Shown here: piece after piece, positions 18,356 through 28,124 of the stretch
Layout of the letters: the number at the start of each line of letters is the position of its first letter
Position numbering within the stretch: position 1 is the stretch's first letter
From: a virus
Lineage: Duplodnaviria > Caudoviricetes
Length of the DNA: 56,239 bases
Reading direction: 5' to 3' (one strand)
IMG/VR virus record: IMGVR_UViG_3300021197_000101
Coordinates: 1-56,239 of that record
Notes under the pieces: model-generated
Seen by the model: only the letters and a program-made list of their open reading frames with translations
Database searches by the model: none
What the model was told of the DNA's origin: nothing
Translations under genes and position numbers: made by a program

Positions 18356-21300
18356 GGACAAGTCCTCCACCACTAAACTTTGGTTTTTCTAAATCGTATA
18401 TTTCTTTCATCTTTGATATGTCAATTACGACACCCTGTGTACTAAGACCTTCATATCCTCGAAAAGGTTTATACGGTAATTCTACACCAGTTTCTATTAT
18501 TATTTCTGGATATTCTTTTTTAAATTTATCTAAAGCTTTACGAAAATCTGTTACATAGTTTTTATAAAGAGCATTACCTTCTGTAAGAACAGGCGAACCA
18601 TCTTCATTATATACAAGATCACCTTGAGCATCTTTTTTAATTGATTTATTATCTATTGCAGCTTTTAATTTGTCACCTTGAAATCTTCTTGCAGCAATCA
18701 TATCAAAACTAGGAAAGACAATCTTATCTATACCCATATCATTAGCTTGATTAATTAAAGCTTGTATATTTAACTCAACAGATTCAATGTTCTTTTTAAT
18801 AGGTGGAGATCCAAAATTCTCTGGCTCTCTTCTTGCATCTTTATTTGTAGCTCTTTGTTTAGCTATATTTTTATTGCCTAATATGTATTTACTTTCTGAA
18901 GCAAAATATGCGGGTTCTTGTACAAAAGTTAAAATTTGAGCTAATAGTTCTTGGGCATCATCACCCTCTCCCATAGTAATTTTACCATCTGCTACATCTT
19001 TTTGTATACTCTCTGTATACTTATTAACTAACTTTATAGAAACTTTATCAGGATCTGGTACAGGAATTACTTCGCCTTTTATTGGAGGTTGGTTATCTAA
19101 CTCATCAAAAAATTCTGTTATATCTTTTGCAAGATTATCTGAATAACTTTTTAAATAGGTTGATGCCTCTGGATATAAATCCTGTGAATTAAAAATTGTT
19201 GCATCTACAACTTGTTTAGTTTTTTCTACTGTGTAAGGAATCTTTTTAAATTTTCGATAGCCGTGGGCTAGTAGATCTGATTGAAGTTCTTCTACTAAAA
19301 TAAAGTTTCCGTCTTCCGTTAAACGATCAAATGTACCTGTGTTTTGATCTGTAATTCTAAGTCCTCTTGGAGGCTCATATACACTAAATCTTACATGAGA
19401 TAATGTATTAGTGCCGTAGTGCTGTACTTCAGGCAAGTAACCTCTTCCTTTATAACCTTCACCTACACTACTATATACAGGAACTTCGTAGGTTTTATCT
19501 TTAGCACCACCTTCAAATCCAGCTTTATCTTGTAGTTGATACTGCTCATATCTAGGTGTAGTTAATGGAGAAGCTCTAACATTAAAAGTAGCTGCATCAA
19601 AATCGGGTATTATCTCTCCTCCAAGATCTTCAAGAGTAATCTTTTTATTTTTAAACTCTTGAGTTTTCATAAACTCGGGGATGTTTTTAACATTCATTCT
19701 AGGATCGTTTTCAAGTAACTTTAAAAGATCTGCACCCAGTACAGTTTTAGTCATCATTTCTGTATCTAGTTTACCGTCTGGATATAATTTTTTATCTATA
19801 AAATCATATAGTATTTCTTCACCAAGATTTCCAAACTTTCCAGTATTAGTTTGTATTACCTCTTTTCCACCAAGAACTTTTTTATCAATAGAATCTACTA
19901 TGTCTTGAAATGTTATCTCTGTATTAAAACCTTGTGGGCTAGTTAAATATGTATACTCTGCTGGAGTTAAATCTTCAGGATCTAAAAACCTACTTTCATC
20001 AAAATAAGTTACCTTAGTTTTTGAATCTATTACCTTATCGTCAAACTCCATCAGTAAAGCTCTGGTAAGAGGAGATCTAAAGAATTTTTCTAAACCTTCA
20101 TCTCCAAACACCTCATCAAAATTATAAACGCCATAATCCCAACCTTCATCTTTAAATGCACCACCAAAATTTGGAGATACTAATCTTTCAATTTGAGCAC
20201 CGGTTTCATCTACGTCAGTAACTTTAAATGTAAATTCGTAATTTTTAAAAATTTTACCGGGATCTGGAGTATATGCAACAGCCTCATTAAAAAATCTATC
20301 TAATGTTTCTGCTATAGTAACTGTTTGTAGTTTATCTGCTTCTTTAAGCTTTGAGTTAACCATACGCATTTCTGCAGAGGACATACCTTCTTGTTGATCT
20401 AGGTCGCTGTACTTTTTTAGTAATCGGTTTGCTGCTGATAACTTTAAAACTAGACCGGGTTGTTCTGTTAAAAATCTATTAAACTGTTCTTTAACTTGAT
20501 CAGATACTATGTCAGTGGTTATTTTTAAGAACTCATCTCTTTCTTTTAAAGTATTTAGTCTAGCATCTTCATTAAAAAAAGTTTTAGTATCACTTTTTAG
20601 TTTAGCATCAGACATTAATGACCCATACTTTTCAAGTACTTTTCTAGATACGGTCTGTTTTAATTTACTATCACCATAGATTTTAGGATCTATAATTGAA
20701 GAACTAGACCTTTTTGTAACAGCCTCATCAAATTTTAAAGGTTTAAACTCTTGTTTAATAACATCGTTATAAGTTAAATTATAAACGTTTTGTAATCTAG
20801 GATTAAAAGCTTTCATATTTTTTGCATCTTCATCAATTAAATCTATAAGTTTATACTCTTCTAGATCAACTTCAACTGGTGCTAAATATTCTTCAACTGG
20901 AGTTTTCTTTTTTCCAAACATTCCAGATACACTAGCCATTCTTAATGAACCTTCTGGAACACTAAAAGCTGATGCACCAAGACTTGTCATAGTAGCTATA
21001 TCTGCAACATCCATCATAGTAACATCACCTGCAGATTTTTTCCCTGTTAGTAAATCTTTAGGTATGCTAACAGTTTCTTTAACCCCCTCTGCAATTGCTT
21101 TAGCTACACCTATCGTTTGTTCTTTAGTAGGCATCTTAGGATCTTTTAAATATTCTTTTGCAGCTGGTATAAAATCTTCTTCTATTTTAGCTCTAAGATT
21201 TCTTTGATCTGGGTTTAATCTTACTGTGTATGTATCGCCAAGTTTAGTTACAAAAACAGGATTACCGACAGCATCTGTACCTATTTCAGTATCTGTAACT

Positions 21301-21440
21301 TGAGCACCCATAGGTCTATCAAAGAACGGTACACTCTCTAAAGGATGCCTAGCTTCTTCAACTACAGGTCTGTCTTTACGTCTTCTCCGACCTTCAGCAT
21401 CAAACAGACTATCCATTTGTTTGGCAAGATTTTCAGCCAT
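18348..21440 (-). CDS. Large hypothetical virion-associated protein (1030 aa)
   Basis: Long ORF after portal; LSHVRF...LVEELQSD motif; ends FSGGGLV. Confidence 0.75.
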   Translation of the reverse strand: MAENLAKQMDSLFDAEGRRRRKDRPVVEEARHPLESVPFFDRPMGAQVTDTEIGTDAVGNPVFVTKLGDTYTVRLNPDQRNLRAKIEEDFIPAAKEYLKDPKMPTKEQTIGVAKAIAEGVKETVSIPKDLLTGKKSAGDVTMMDVADIATMTSLGASAFSVPEGSLRMASVSGMFGKKKTPVEEYLAPVEVDLEEYKLIDLIDEDAKNMKAFNPRLQNVYNLTYNDVIKQEFKPLKFDEAVTKRSSSSIIDPKIYGDSKLKQTVSRKVLEKYGSLMSDAKLKSDTKTFFNEDARLNTLKERDEFLKITTDIVSDQVKEQFNRFLTEQPGLVLKLSAANRLLKKYSDLDQQEGMSSAEMRMVNSKLKEADKLQTVTIAETLDRFFNEAVAYTPDPGKIFKNYEFTFKVTDVDETGAQIERLVSPNFGGAFKDEGWDYGVYNFDEVFGDEGLEKFFRSPLTRALLMEFDDKVIDSKTKVTYFDESRFLDPEDLTPAEYTYLTSPQGFNTEITFQDIVDSIDKKVLGGKEVIQTNTGKFGNLGEEILYDFIDKKLYPDGKLDTEMMTKTVLGADLLKLLENDPRMNVKNIPEFMKTQEFKNKKITLEDLGGEIIPDFDAATFNVRASPLTTPRYEQYQLQDKAGFEGGAKDKTYEVPVYSSVGEGYKGRGYLPEVQHYGTNTLSHVRFSVYEPPRGLRITDQNTGTFDRLTEDGNFILVEELQSDLLAHGYRKFKKIPYTVEKTKQVVDATIFNSQDLYPEASTYLKSYSDNLAKDITEFFDELDNQPPIKGEVIPVPDPDKVSIKLVNKYTESIQKDVADGKITMGEGDDAQELLAQILTFVQEPAYFASESKYILGNKNIAKQRATNKDARREPENFGSPPIKKNIESVELNIQALINQANDMGIDKIVFPSFDMIAARRFQGDKLKAAIDNKSIKKDAQGDLVYNEDGSPVLTEGNALYKNYVTDFRKALDKFKKEYPEIIIETGVELPYKPFRGYEGLSTQGVVIDISKMKEIYDLEKPKFSGGGLVRE

Positions 21441-21627
21441 CGTTGTTTACTCTGTCCCTAAGCATAGCTAAAGATTTTAATGCACGAATCTCTCCTTGAA
21501 GTCTGTATATTTCTTCAATCTCTGTTCGCTGTTCTAACTGTCGATAAGCAAATGCAATACGAATATTAAACTCATCAAGCATTGCATCCCATTGAGGTTT
21601 ATTATTAACTACTAATTTTAGGCTCAT
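21433..21627 (-). CDS. Small portal-adjacent protein
   Basis: IYRLQGEIRAL motif; overlaps portal stop. Confidence 0.7.
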   Translation of the reverse strand: MSLKLVVNNKPQWDAMLDEFNIRIAFAYRQLEQRTEIEEIYRLQGEIRALKSLAMLRDRVNNDG

Positions 21628-23753
21628 GCAGCACCCTGTTGGCCAGTATTAGCTGAGAAGCCCTGTTCTCCCGGCTGAGGTGCTGTACCTATACCGATGT
21701 TACCACCCCCACCTCCAGCGGTATCCTGTACTTGTGGAGGCGCTCCTTGCCCCTGTGGAGCTATTGGCTGTCCATCAGGTCCAACTTGTGGTTGTTGTTG
21801 GGGTGGTGGGTTTGCTTCTTGAAACTTTTTAAGTATCTCTGCTTGTACTGCAGCATCAGACATAGAGTTAGTTAGTTTATCTGGATCAAGATCCATAGAC
21901 TTAGCAATCTCACGAATGATATAATCCATCTTAGCAAACGGTGCTAGTACTGGATTCTGTACAACTTGTAGGAACTGCATCAGTCTCTGGCTACGTACTT
22001 CATTAGCCATCAGTGATTCAGTACCACGAGCCTTTACATCTAAGTCACCTTTAATCTGTGGATCAAAGTCAAACTGCATGTTAAAATGATAGAATGATTT
22101 TGCTATCGGTGCTAGTAAATAATCATCCACATTTTTGATAACATTACGTATGCTGCCGTTAGCAGCAGACATAAGCATACTGATTCCAGAAGCAGTACGC
22201 CCCACTCCTTGAACTCCTGTTTGACCATGTGCAAAAGATGGGAAACCTGTAGACTCATCTGCTAGTACCCTCGCTTTATCAAACATCTGCATGTTTTCAT
22301 TTGATACGTTTGGAAACTTAGTTCCAAAGATTGCCTGACCCGGAGCACCGCCCTGTCTGCGGAAGACCTTGCCCGGATATACCGACAAGTCTTGACCCGG
22401 AGTTAGGTTTGTCTCATCAACCTCGATGAGCATGTTACCCGACAGTGCAGCGTTATCAACTGCCATACGCATAAAACCATTCATTAGTGTTTGGGTATCG
22501 TCCATGTTTTCTGCTAGACCAACGCCAAACATATTGTATGGGTTTACCTCATATGGAACTGCATAGTAAGGTATAATAGATGGGGTGAACGGATTCATGA
22601 CAAGTCTTAGGACTTGACCATTACATGTCCAAATGTTTACAGAGACTTGCTCCATATCTTTTAGTTCATCTGGAATGTCTACATCATGTCCTTCTAAGAC
22701 ATCAGTATCAACGTTCCCCCAAAACTCAAGAACTTCAAACCTTTCGGATCTAGATTCCTGAGCATCATCTTCCATGACTTGCTCCCACCACTCCTTGGTA
22801 TAAGACTCACCCATAGATATTGAAGTGTCGATGGCATTTGCACGGAAGAAAGGACGATTCTTTAGAGAACGTATTTGAGATCTAGACATCTTGTGTCTTT
22901 CTACTACGTACTCGGCCTCGTCCATATTAGCTGCATCTGGGTCTGGATAGAAGTTCCAGATAGATACAGAAGAAGTTTGTGGGACTGTTTTAAACGTAGG
23001 TGAGTATTCACCTTCATCATTCCAATTAGAATATTCTTTGTCTACAGCAAACGGACCTTTCATAATTCCTGTGCCAAACAATGCAGTTTCAAAAGCTGCA
23101 ACTCGTAATTGTTTTTTTGCACCGGACTCTTCTAGCTGATCATGGATTTTCTTTTCCATCTTTTTAGCTGAGATCATTGCTGGATGTATAGTAATTTCTG
23201 TGGGTGTTTTACCTTCACCCTCTTCTAGTTTATCTACGACTGGTGTTAGCTTTTGTTCCATACTAGCTAAACGCTCAGTCAGATCTACGATAGTTTCACC
23301 GGGTCTAAGCTTTGTATCTTCTGGGGCAAACTGTTGTTTGGCTTCATCCATCTGATCATTAGACTCAAAGTGTACAGACTCAGCTGCACCCTCCGGTAAA
23401 GTTGTTGGGTCTATAGATATAGGAAACTTGTTGTTTCCAAAAAGAACTTCTACAATCTGACCATAAGCTGCAAGTACTTTTGTTTTTGTAACCTTAACAA
23501 ATACTTGAGATTTTTCTGTGGAAGTAAATTGAACATCTGGTCCGTATAAACCACGATAGTTACGATAAGCTTTTACCCAACGTTGTTCTTCTGTCTCACG
23601 AGCTGTAGAAGCCTTACTATAACGATCTTGAACTAAGCCTACAATGGTTCCTGATAAAGGATCTGAGTATGTTTCTTTATCCATATCTTCAACAGCTTGA
23701 CTTTCTATAGAGTCCATTGCCATTTCGTTTTCAAAAGTTTCTTCTTCTGCCAT
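21624..23753 (-). CDS. Portal protein
   Basis: FGTGIMKGP, NFYPDP, VLEFWG, RTASGISMLM; start ATG 23753 coupled to upstream TAA. Confidence 0.9.
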   Translation of the reverse strand: MAEEETFENEMAMDSIESQAVEDMDKETYSDPLSGTIVGLVQDRYSKASTARETEEQRWVKAYRNYRGLYGPDVQFTSTEKSQVFVKVTKTKVLAAYGQIVEVLFGNNKFPISIDPTTLPEGAAESVHFESNDQMDEAKQQFAPEDTKLRPGETIVDLTERLASMEQKLTPVVDKLEEGEGKTPTEITIHPAMISAKKMEKKIHDQLEESGAKKQLRVAAFETALFGTGIMKGPFAVDKEYSNWNDEGEYSPTFKTVPQTSSVSIWNFYPDPDAANMDEAEYVVERHKMSRSQIRSLKNRPFFRANAIDTSISMGESYTKEWWEQVMEDDAQESRSERFEVLEFWGNVDTDVLEGHDVDIPDELKDMEQVSVNIWTCNGQVLRLVMNPFTPSIIPYYAVPYEVNPYNMFGVGLAENMDDTQTLMNGFMRMAVDNAALSGNMLIEVDETNLTPGQDLSVYPGKVFRRQGGAPGQAIFGTKFPNVSNENMQMFDKARVLADESTGFPSFAHGQTGVQGVGRTASGISMLMSAANGSIRNVIKNVDDYLLAPIAKSFYHFNMQFDFDPQIKGDLDVKARGTESLMANEVRSQRLMQFLQVVQNPVLAPFAKMDYIIREIAKSMDLDPDKLTNSMSDAAVQAEILKKFQEANPPPQQQPQVGPDGQPIAPQGQGAPPQVQDTAGGGGGNIGIGTAPQPGEQGFSANTGQQGAA

Positions 23754-23866
23754 TATTTTACCTTCCAAGGTCCGTTATCAAAATCGTATTGTTCTTGACA
23801 TTTAGGACAACTATCAAACTTATCCGTGTTATAAATTATTGAACACTTAGGACAAGTTACTAACAT
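23753..23866 (-). CDS. 37-aa zinc-ribbon microprotein (not in ORF track)
   Basis: MLVTCPKCSIIYNTDKFDSCPKCQEQ...; fills the terminase-portal gap exactly. Confidence 0.7.
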   Translation of the reverse strand: MLVTCPKCSIIYNTDKFDSCPKCQEQYDFDNGPWKVK

Positions 23867-23867
23867 A

Positions 23868-25427
23868 TCAGTATCCAAAAGTTGCATCGCTTGCTTGAAA
23901 CCCTGTATTTGAAACAGGTGTATAATCAAACAAACTACTCTTCGGTCTTGTCATAACACCATACCTTAAAGCATCGTAAAGGTGGTCTTCTGATTTTGTA
24001 TCTACATCCTCTGGATTATTTTTATCTAAAGGTATAGCCGGTAGTTGCGAAATTAAATTTTTACAGTTATTAAAGATTACCATTCTAGGTTGTTCTGTAA
24101 ACTCATCTACCTGCAGTCTTCTGTGTATTTCATTCTTGCCTGAGACACGAGATCCTTTTGATCTATCTGCAGGTCTCCATCTGCAACCACGAACAATCAT
24201 TTGTTCTGCCAGACTTGGACCAGTATCACCACGTTTGTGCCATAGTGAAGAGTCAAGAACACCGTAACGTATTTTTTCTTCTGACTCTGTTTGTAAAATT
24301 AAATCGGCTAAATCTGTTGCAAGAACTTTACTGACATACATTTCACGATATACTATTAGTTGTTCGTCAGGTGCAACTGCTATCCACACAACTCCAGTGT
24401 AAGAACCATAACCATAGTCACATGCCCTAAACCTAGGCCAGCTGTTTGGAATATCAAAAGGTTCTACAACATGAATCTTTCGGTTAAACTCTGGAAATGC
24501 TGCCCCTTCGTTTATATCCCAGTCACCTTCTAGCAACTGTCTACGTTGGTGTTCTGGTAACGACAGAAGATTAGCTTCGTACATTCCATCATCTGATAGA
24601 TAAGGGTTGTCAAATAAGTTAGCAGGTATAAACCTACGTTTAAATAACGGCTCATCTTCTTTAGTGTGACCTTTAGGCCAGCAGATAATCTCACCAGTAT
24701 CCGTGTCTGTAGCCCAGAAAGGTTTATTAGGTGTCTCTGGATCTATAAAAGTTTTCTTAACCCACTGATGACCCGGACCACCGGGGTTACTAGTTGCTCT
24801 CATATATAAAGGTAGCCCACTAGCTTTGGTTGTACGAAGACGTGACCTCATATAGTTCCAAGGATAGGGTGTAGGCCATTGCGTTAATTCGTCAAAACCA
24901 ATCCAGTTAAATGCCTGTCCCTGATATCTCATAACGTCATCGTCACGGTCAAGGTATGACATCCAGAGTGTAGCTCCACTAGGGGCTACCCAAGTCTTAT
25001 CTCTTTCCATGAACTTTATACCCGGAATTGCTTTGGGGTATAGTTGTTTAGATACAGAGATAAGTTCTCTCAGCTCTTCAGTGCTTCTACGTACCAGAAG
25101 CATACGAGCATTAGGATTATTTAAGTACCTAACAGGGTCGGCAATCATTGCATATGACTTACCACCACCTGCAGACCCTCCATATAAGACTTCCTGCTCT
25201 GTTGAAGCTAGAAAGTCTGTCTGTGGACCGGGGTTTGGTTCAAAGATTATTTCTCTTTGTACCTGTTCTACTTCAATATCCGGTGTGCTGATCGGAGTCG
25301 TTGGTTTCAACTCTACGTCTTGCACCAATTCTTTCTTTTTCGAGCTTCTCCGCCTTTTCTGCTGCCGCTTTGTACCTTTGGGCATAGAAATCTTGGACTG
25401 AAGCTGCGTTCTTACGTCTTTGTTCAA
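23868..25427 (-). CDS. terL: Terminase large subunit (true start probably ~25310)
   Basis: Walker A YGGSAGGGKS, Walker B IGFDE, ATSNPGG, DYGY, DHLYDALRY. Confidence 0.95.
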   Translation of the reverse strand: MNKDVRTQLQSKISMPKGTKRQQKRRRSSKKKELVQDVELKPTTPISTPDIEVEQVQREIIFEPNPGPQTDFLASTEQEVLYGGSAGGGKSYAMIADPVRYLNNPNARMLLVRRSTEELRELISVSKQLYPKAIPGIKFMERDKTWVAPSGATLWMSYLDRDDDVMRYQGQAFNWIGFDELTQWPTPYPWNYMRSRLRTTKASGLPLYMRATSNPGGPGHQWVKKTFIDPETPNKPFWATDTDTGEIICWPKGHTKEDEPLFKRRFIPANLFDNPYLSDDGMYEANLLSLPEHQRRQLLEGDWDINEGAAFPEFNRKIHVVEPFDIPNSWPRFRACDYGYGSYTGVVWIAVAPDEQLIVYREMYVSKVLATDLADLILQTESEEKIRYGVLDSSLWHKRGDTGPSLAEQMIVRGCRWRPADRSKGSRVSGKNEIHRRLQVDEFTEQPRMVIFNNCKNLISQLPAIPLDKNNPEDVDTKSEDHLYDALRYGVMTRPKSSLFDYTPVSNTGFQASDATFGY

Positions 25428-25701
25428 GTTTTACCCTTTTAAATAAGCCTACATGGGAGATCATTCTACCAGAGGTTGTACTTAACCAAGCAGATACCTC
25501 TCTATAACTATATCTCTTTAAATGTTTCTTAGCTTCTTCAAAAAGTTCTAGTTCTTCTGGTATTGGCAGTAGAATATCTGCATCTTCTGGGTCTTGTTTG
25601 TAGCCAAAGGGTATAGTTCTACCAATTCTTACTACTGGAACCCACTCATATTCGTTATCTACCTTCTCAGGCTTAGGTAACTGCCAAGTTTTAGTCTTCA
25701 T
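25273..25701 (-). CDS. Putative DNA-binding protein (IPFGY + HTH)
   Basis: RTIPFGY...SYREVSAWLS..SGR.ISHVGL, resembling serine-recombinase DNA-binding segments. Confidence 0.6.
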   Translation of the reverse strand: MKTKTWQLPKPEKVDNEYEWVPVVRIGRTIPFGYKQDPEDADILLPIPEELELFEEAKKHLKRYSYREVSAWLSTTSGRMISHVGLFKRVKLEQRRKNAASVQDFYAQRYKAAAEKAEKLEKERIGARRRVETNDSDQHTGY

Positions 25702-26056
25702 CTGCTTTCGGTGGCAGAATAAACAAAGGACTTTCCGATCTTACTTCGACTTTTTCTGTTTTTACAAAGCCAGCTCGGTCTAGAAAGTCTTTAGCTGCTG
25801 CCATTTTCTCTTTATTGCCCAAGTCGGTGGGGTTTTCTAGTACATGCATCATAGACCACACAGCTGTTGGTCCACTTGTTGCAATAAAATCTCTAGTTTT
25901 TTCTGCAATCTGCTCTTTTAGTGGAGCCATTACAGAAGTTGTAGACACGCCATCGGCATATCCTGCAAGTTTCTTAGCTTGAACAGGATTGCCTCTAGCT
26001 TCATTAAACAATGCGTTTAAAAATGCTTGTTGTTTTTCAGTAAGTTCTTTCGCCAT
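25691..26056 (-). CDS. terS: Terminase small subunit (putative)
   Basis: LTEKQQAFL, A.KLAGY, AAKDFLDRAG, FILPPK. Confidence 0.7.
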   Translation of the reverse strand: MAKELTEKQQAFLNALFNEARGNPVQAKKLAGYADGVSTTSVMAPLKEQIAEKTRDFIATSGPTAVWSMMHVLENPTDLGNKEKMAAAKDFLDRAGFVKTEKVEVRSESPLFILPPKADED

Positions 26057-26201
26057 AAATTTTTTCTCTTATCTCAGACTTACCAATTCCTAGATCCTTA
26101 AGTTCACGATCAGTTAGGTTCATCAGTGTTTGATAATCTGCTCGTCTTTGCTGGGATACTTGGATTGCTTTTAAGATTCGGTCACAATATGCTTTAAACA
26201 T
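26037..26201 (-). CDS. DUF1127 (YjiS-like) small protein, 54 aa (not in ORF track)
   Basis: QQRRADYQTLMNLTDRELKDLGIGKSEI matches the L..L.DR.L.DIG signature; AAGGAG RBS. Confidence 0.85.
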   Translation of the reverse strand: MFKAYCDRILKAIQVSQQRRADYQTLMNLTDRELKDLGIGKSEIREKIYGERTY

Positions 26202-26254
26202 TTTCTACTCCTTTAAATGTTAGCCCTAACTAGGCAGGAGTAGTTATATTCAAT

Positions 26255-26298
26255 TAGTTATAACATACTATAGATAATAATGCAACCCCGTTATGCAT
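26255..26298 (-). promoter_or_regulatory. Promoter for DUF1127/terminase genes with overlapping ATGCA dyad
   Basis: TTGCAT-N17-TATAAC(TA); ATGCA-accccgtta-TGCAT over the -35. Confidence 0.6.
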
Positions 26299-26654
26299 TA
26301 AGTTGGTTGATAGTGTTCTTCACCAGATAGTATTACATGAAAGTCAGAGCCGCCTTCTTCAAAACATACAATCTTATCACCTGCAGATAATGCAATAAAT
26401 GAATTACTCTCTACAACTTTATCATTAGTACTAGCTGCTAAACTTATTTCATCTGCAATACTGTGGTAAGTAGTTGTAGCTAACTCATACCATTGTATAC
26501 TATACTTCTTAGAGCTTGTTGCTCCATTCGATACAAGTAAAAACTTAATTAACGAAGTAAAATTATTAGGGCAAGTATATATTATGTCACCACTTGCCCC
26601 ACCTGATGTAGCAGATAAGTTCTTTGCTTTAGTAAAATATTTAGCTGCAGTCAT
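26298..26654 (-). CDS. Small beta-rich protein, likely paralogue of 6766..7077
   Basis: IYTCP...SLI...VSN...L..GDKI...VILSG.E pattern. Confidence 0.65.
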   Translation of the reverse strand: MTAAKYFTKAKNLSATSGGASGDIIYTCPNNFTSLIKFLLVSNGATSSKKYSIQWYELATTTYHSIADEISLAASTNDKVVESNSFIALSAGDKIVCFEEGGSDFHVILSGEEHYQPT

Positions 26655-26659
26655 TTAGC

Positions 26660-27160
26660 TTACTTTAACTTATTAATCATAGTGGTAAGTTGTTTGATTC
26701 TAGCTGATGCAGCTTTATCATCTTTACCTTTTTGTCTAGCGTTAGCTATTTTTGTTCGAAGTTTTCTCTGTTCTGCTTTTAATTGTGTTATTGTAGGTCT
26801 AGGCTTAGGTTTAACTTTAGGTGATTTTTTAGGTTCAGTTCCAGCAGAGATTGCAATTTCAGCACGTCTTATTAGAACTTCATTTTTGTTATCACCACGA
26901 CCACCCTTAACATCGCTAAGAGTTCTAGCTGTAACTTTTGGTTGTTTACCTGCACCAAGTTTTTTAGGTGCAGCTTTCTTTAGATCTTCTGCATAAACAG
27001 CTGCCATTACTTTACCATCTTTATTAGTATAGTAAAGTGCTCCAGCTTTTTTAGCTGCTGCAATACTTTTATATTTACCAGCCTTAGCTTTTTCTTTAGT
27101 AAGGCTAGAACCTTTTTCTTTTATCTGATTATTTAAATATGTACGAAGTGACATAGCCAT
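26660..27160 (-). CDS. Lys-rich basic protein
   Basis: Very high K/R content; PKVKPKPRP. Confidence 0.7.
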   Translation of the reverse strand: MAMSLRTYLNNQIKEKGSSLTKEKAKAGKYKSIAAAKKAGALYYTNKDGKVMAAVYAEDLKKAAPKKLGAGKQPKVTARTLSDVKGGRGDNKNEVLIRRAEIAISAGTEPKKSPKVKPKPRPTITQLKAEQRKLRTKIANARQKGKDDKAASARIKQLTTMINKLK

Positions 27161-27171
27161 GTTGTTGTTCC

Positions 27172-27447
27172 TTACTTGTAAGTGTTCTTGGCAGTCTTAA
27201 CGCCAGTATTCATTGTACCTGTAGACTTAACCATGCCGCCTTGGTTATACATGGCAACCTTACCACCTTTAGCATATGCTTTCTTTTTCATTCCAGCACC
27301 GCCTTTAGCATAACCTTTTTTCTTCATGCTCATACCGCCTTTGTTCATTTTACCTTTACCATCAGCAGCATAGAATGGAACTTTCTTTCCACCCTTCTCT
27401 ACCATTTTAAGACCGCCAGCAGCGTATCCTTTTTTCTTCATGTTCAT
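27172..27447 (-). CDS. Lys/Gly/Met-rich basic protein with repeated KKKGYAKGG
   Basis: Five [YM]xxGG motifs; GGKKVPFYAADGKG. Confidence 0.75.
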   Translation of the reverse strand: MNMKKKGYAAGGLKMVEKGGKKVPFYAADGKGKMNKGGMSMKKKGYAKGGAGMKKKAYAKGGKVAMYNQGGMVKSTGTMNTGVKTAKNTYK

Positions 27448-28124
27448 GATTCTTCCTCACTATATAAATTGTTAAACACTCGTTGCGTATCCCAAACATA
27501 GTCTACGTGTTCTTTCGAGTTGTATGTATGTTGATTAGGTTTAAAGTCTGGAGCACCTTCTCCTGTTTCAAACCAAGCTGGGTGAGTTACTCTCACTCTG
27601 TTATTGGGCAACGCAACAATGTTACCAGTATAGTTACCAGCATCTAACAACTCTAATACATGAGATTGTTTGTGTTGAGCTGGGTCATCTGCAACTTCAC
27701 TGTCTGTGTAGTCTACAGTAAAATAATATTTAGCTGGGTAAAACTCTCCGTCTACCTTGGCTATCCAAGGAGCTGGAGTTGCTCTTTCTAACTTATACAC
27801 ACTGTGGTGGTGCGACATACAATCCCAAGGTTGTGCTAGATAAGGTGGTAACTCTTGAGGCCAATCTTCTAGGGGGGTGTCTGCAACCAGAGCTACCAGA
27901 GGTAACCTAGCCCACATCGCACCACCATGTATATTGGGGCTATCATTATCATCAGACTCGCAGCCTGTAAAAATAACTTGAAAGCTGAGAGTCCTGTTTG
28001 GCATAGTAGTGACACCAATGACCATGCAATGTAGGAACTCTCCATGATACTCCTCTAAGTTTTTTGTATACTCTCTTCTAACCCACGCCTTAAAGTGAGG
28101 AATGCTGCTTGTTAAATAAGGCAT
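27444..28124 (-). CDS. Conserved phage hypothetical protein
   Basis: 226 aa; GAMWARLP, QPWDC, YYFTVDY, QHKQSH, ALPNNRVR. Confidence 0.75.
   Translation of the reverse strand: MPYLTSSIPHFKAWVRREYTKNLEEYHGEFLHCMVIGVTTMPNRTLSFQVIFTGCESDDNDSPNIHGGAMWARLPLVALVADTPLEDWPQELPPYLAQPWDCMSHHHSVYKLERATPAPWIAKVDGEFYPAKYYFTVDYTDSEVADDPAQHKQSHVLELLDAGNYTGNIVALPNNRVRVTHPAWFETGEGAPDFKPNQHTYNSKEHVDYVWDTQRVFNNLYSEEES

Noticed and set aside
25273-25445. Programmed frameshift fusing the IPFGY protein to TerL
   Set aside because: TTTAAAA is not phased as X XXY YYZ and a stop follows in the TerL frame; a downstream TerL start explains the overlap
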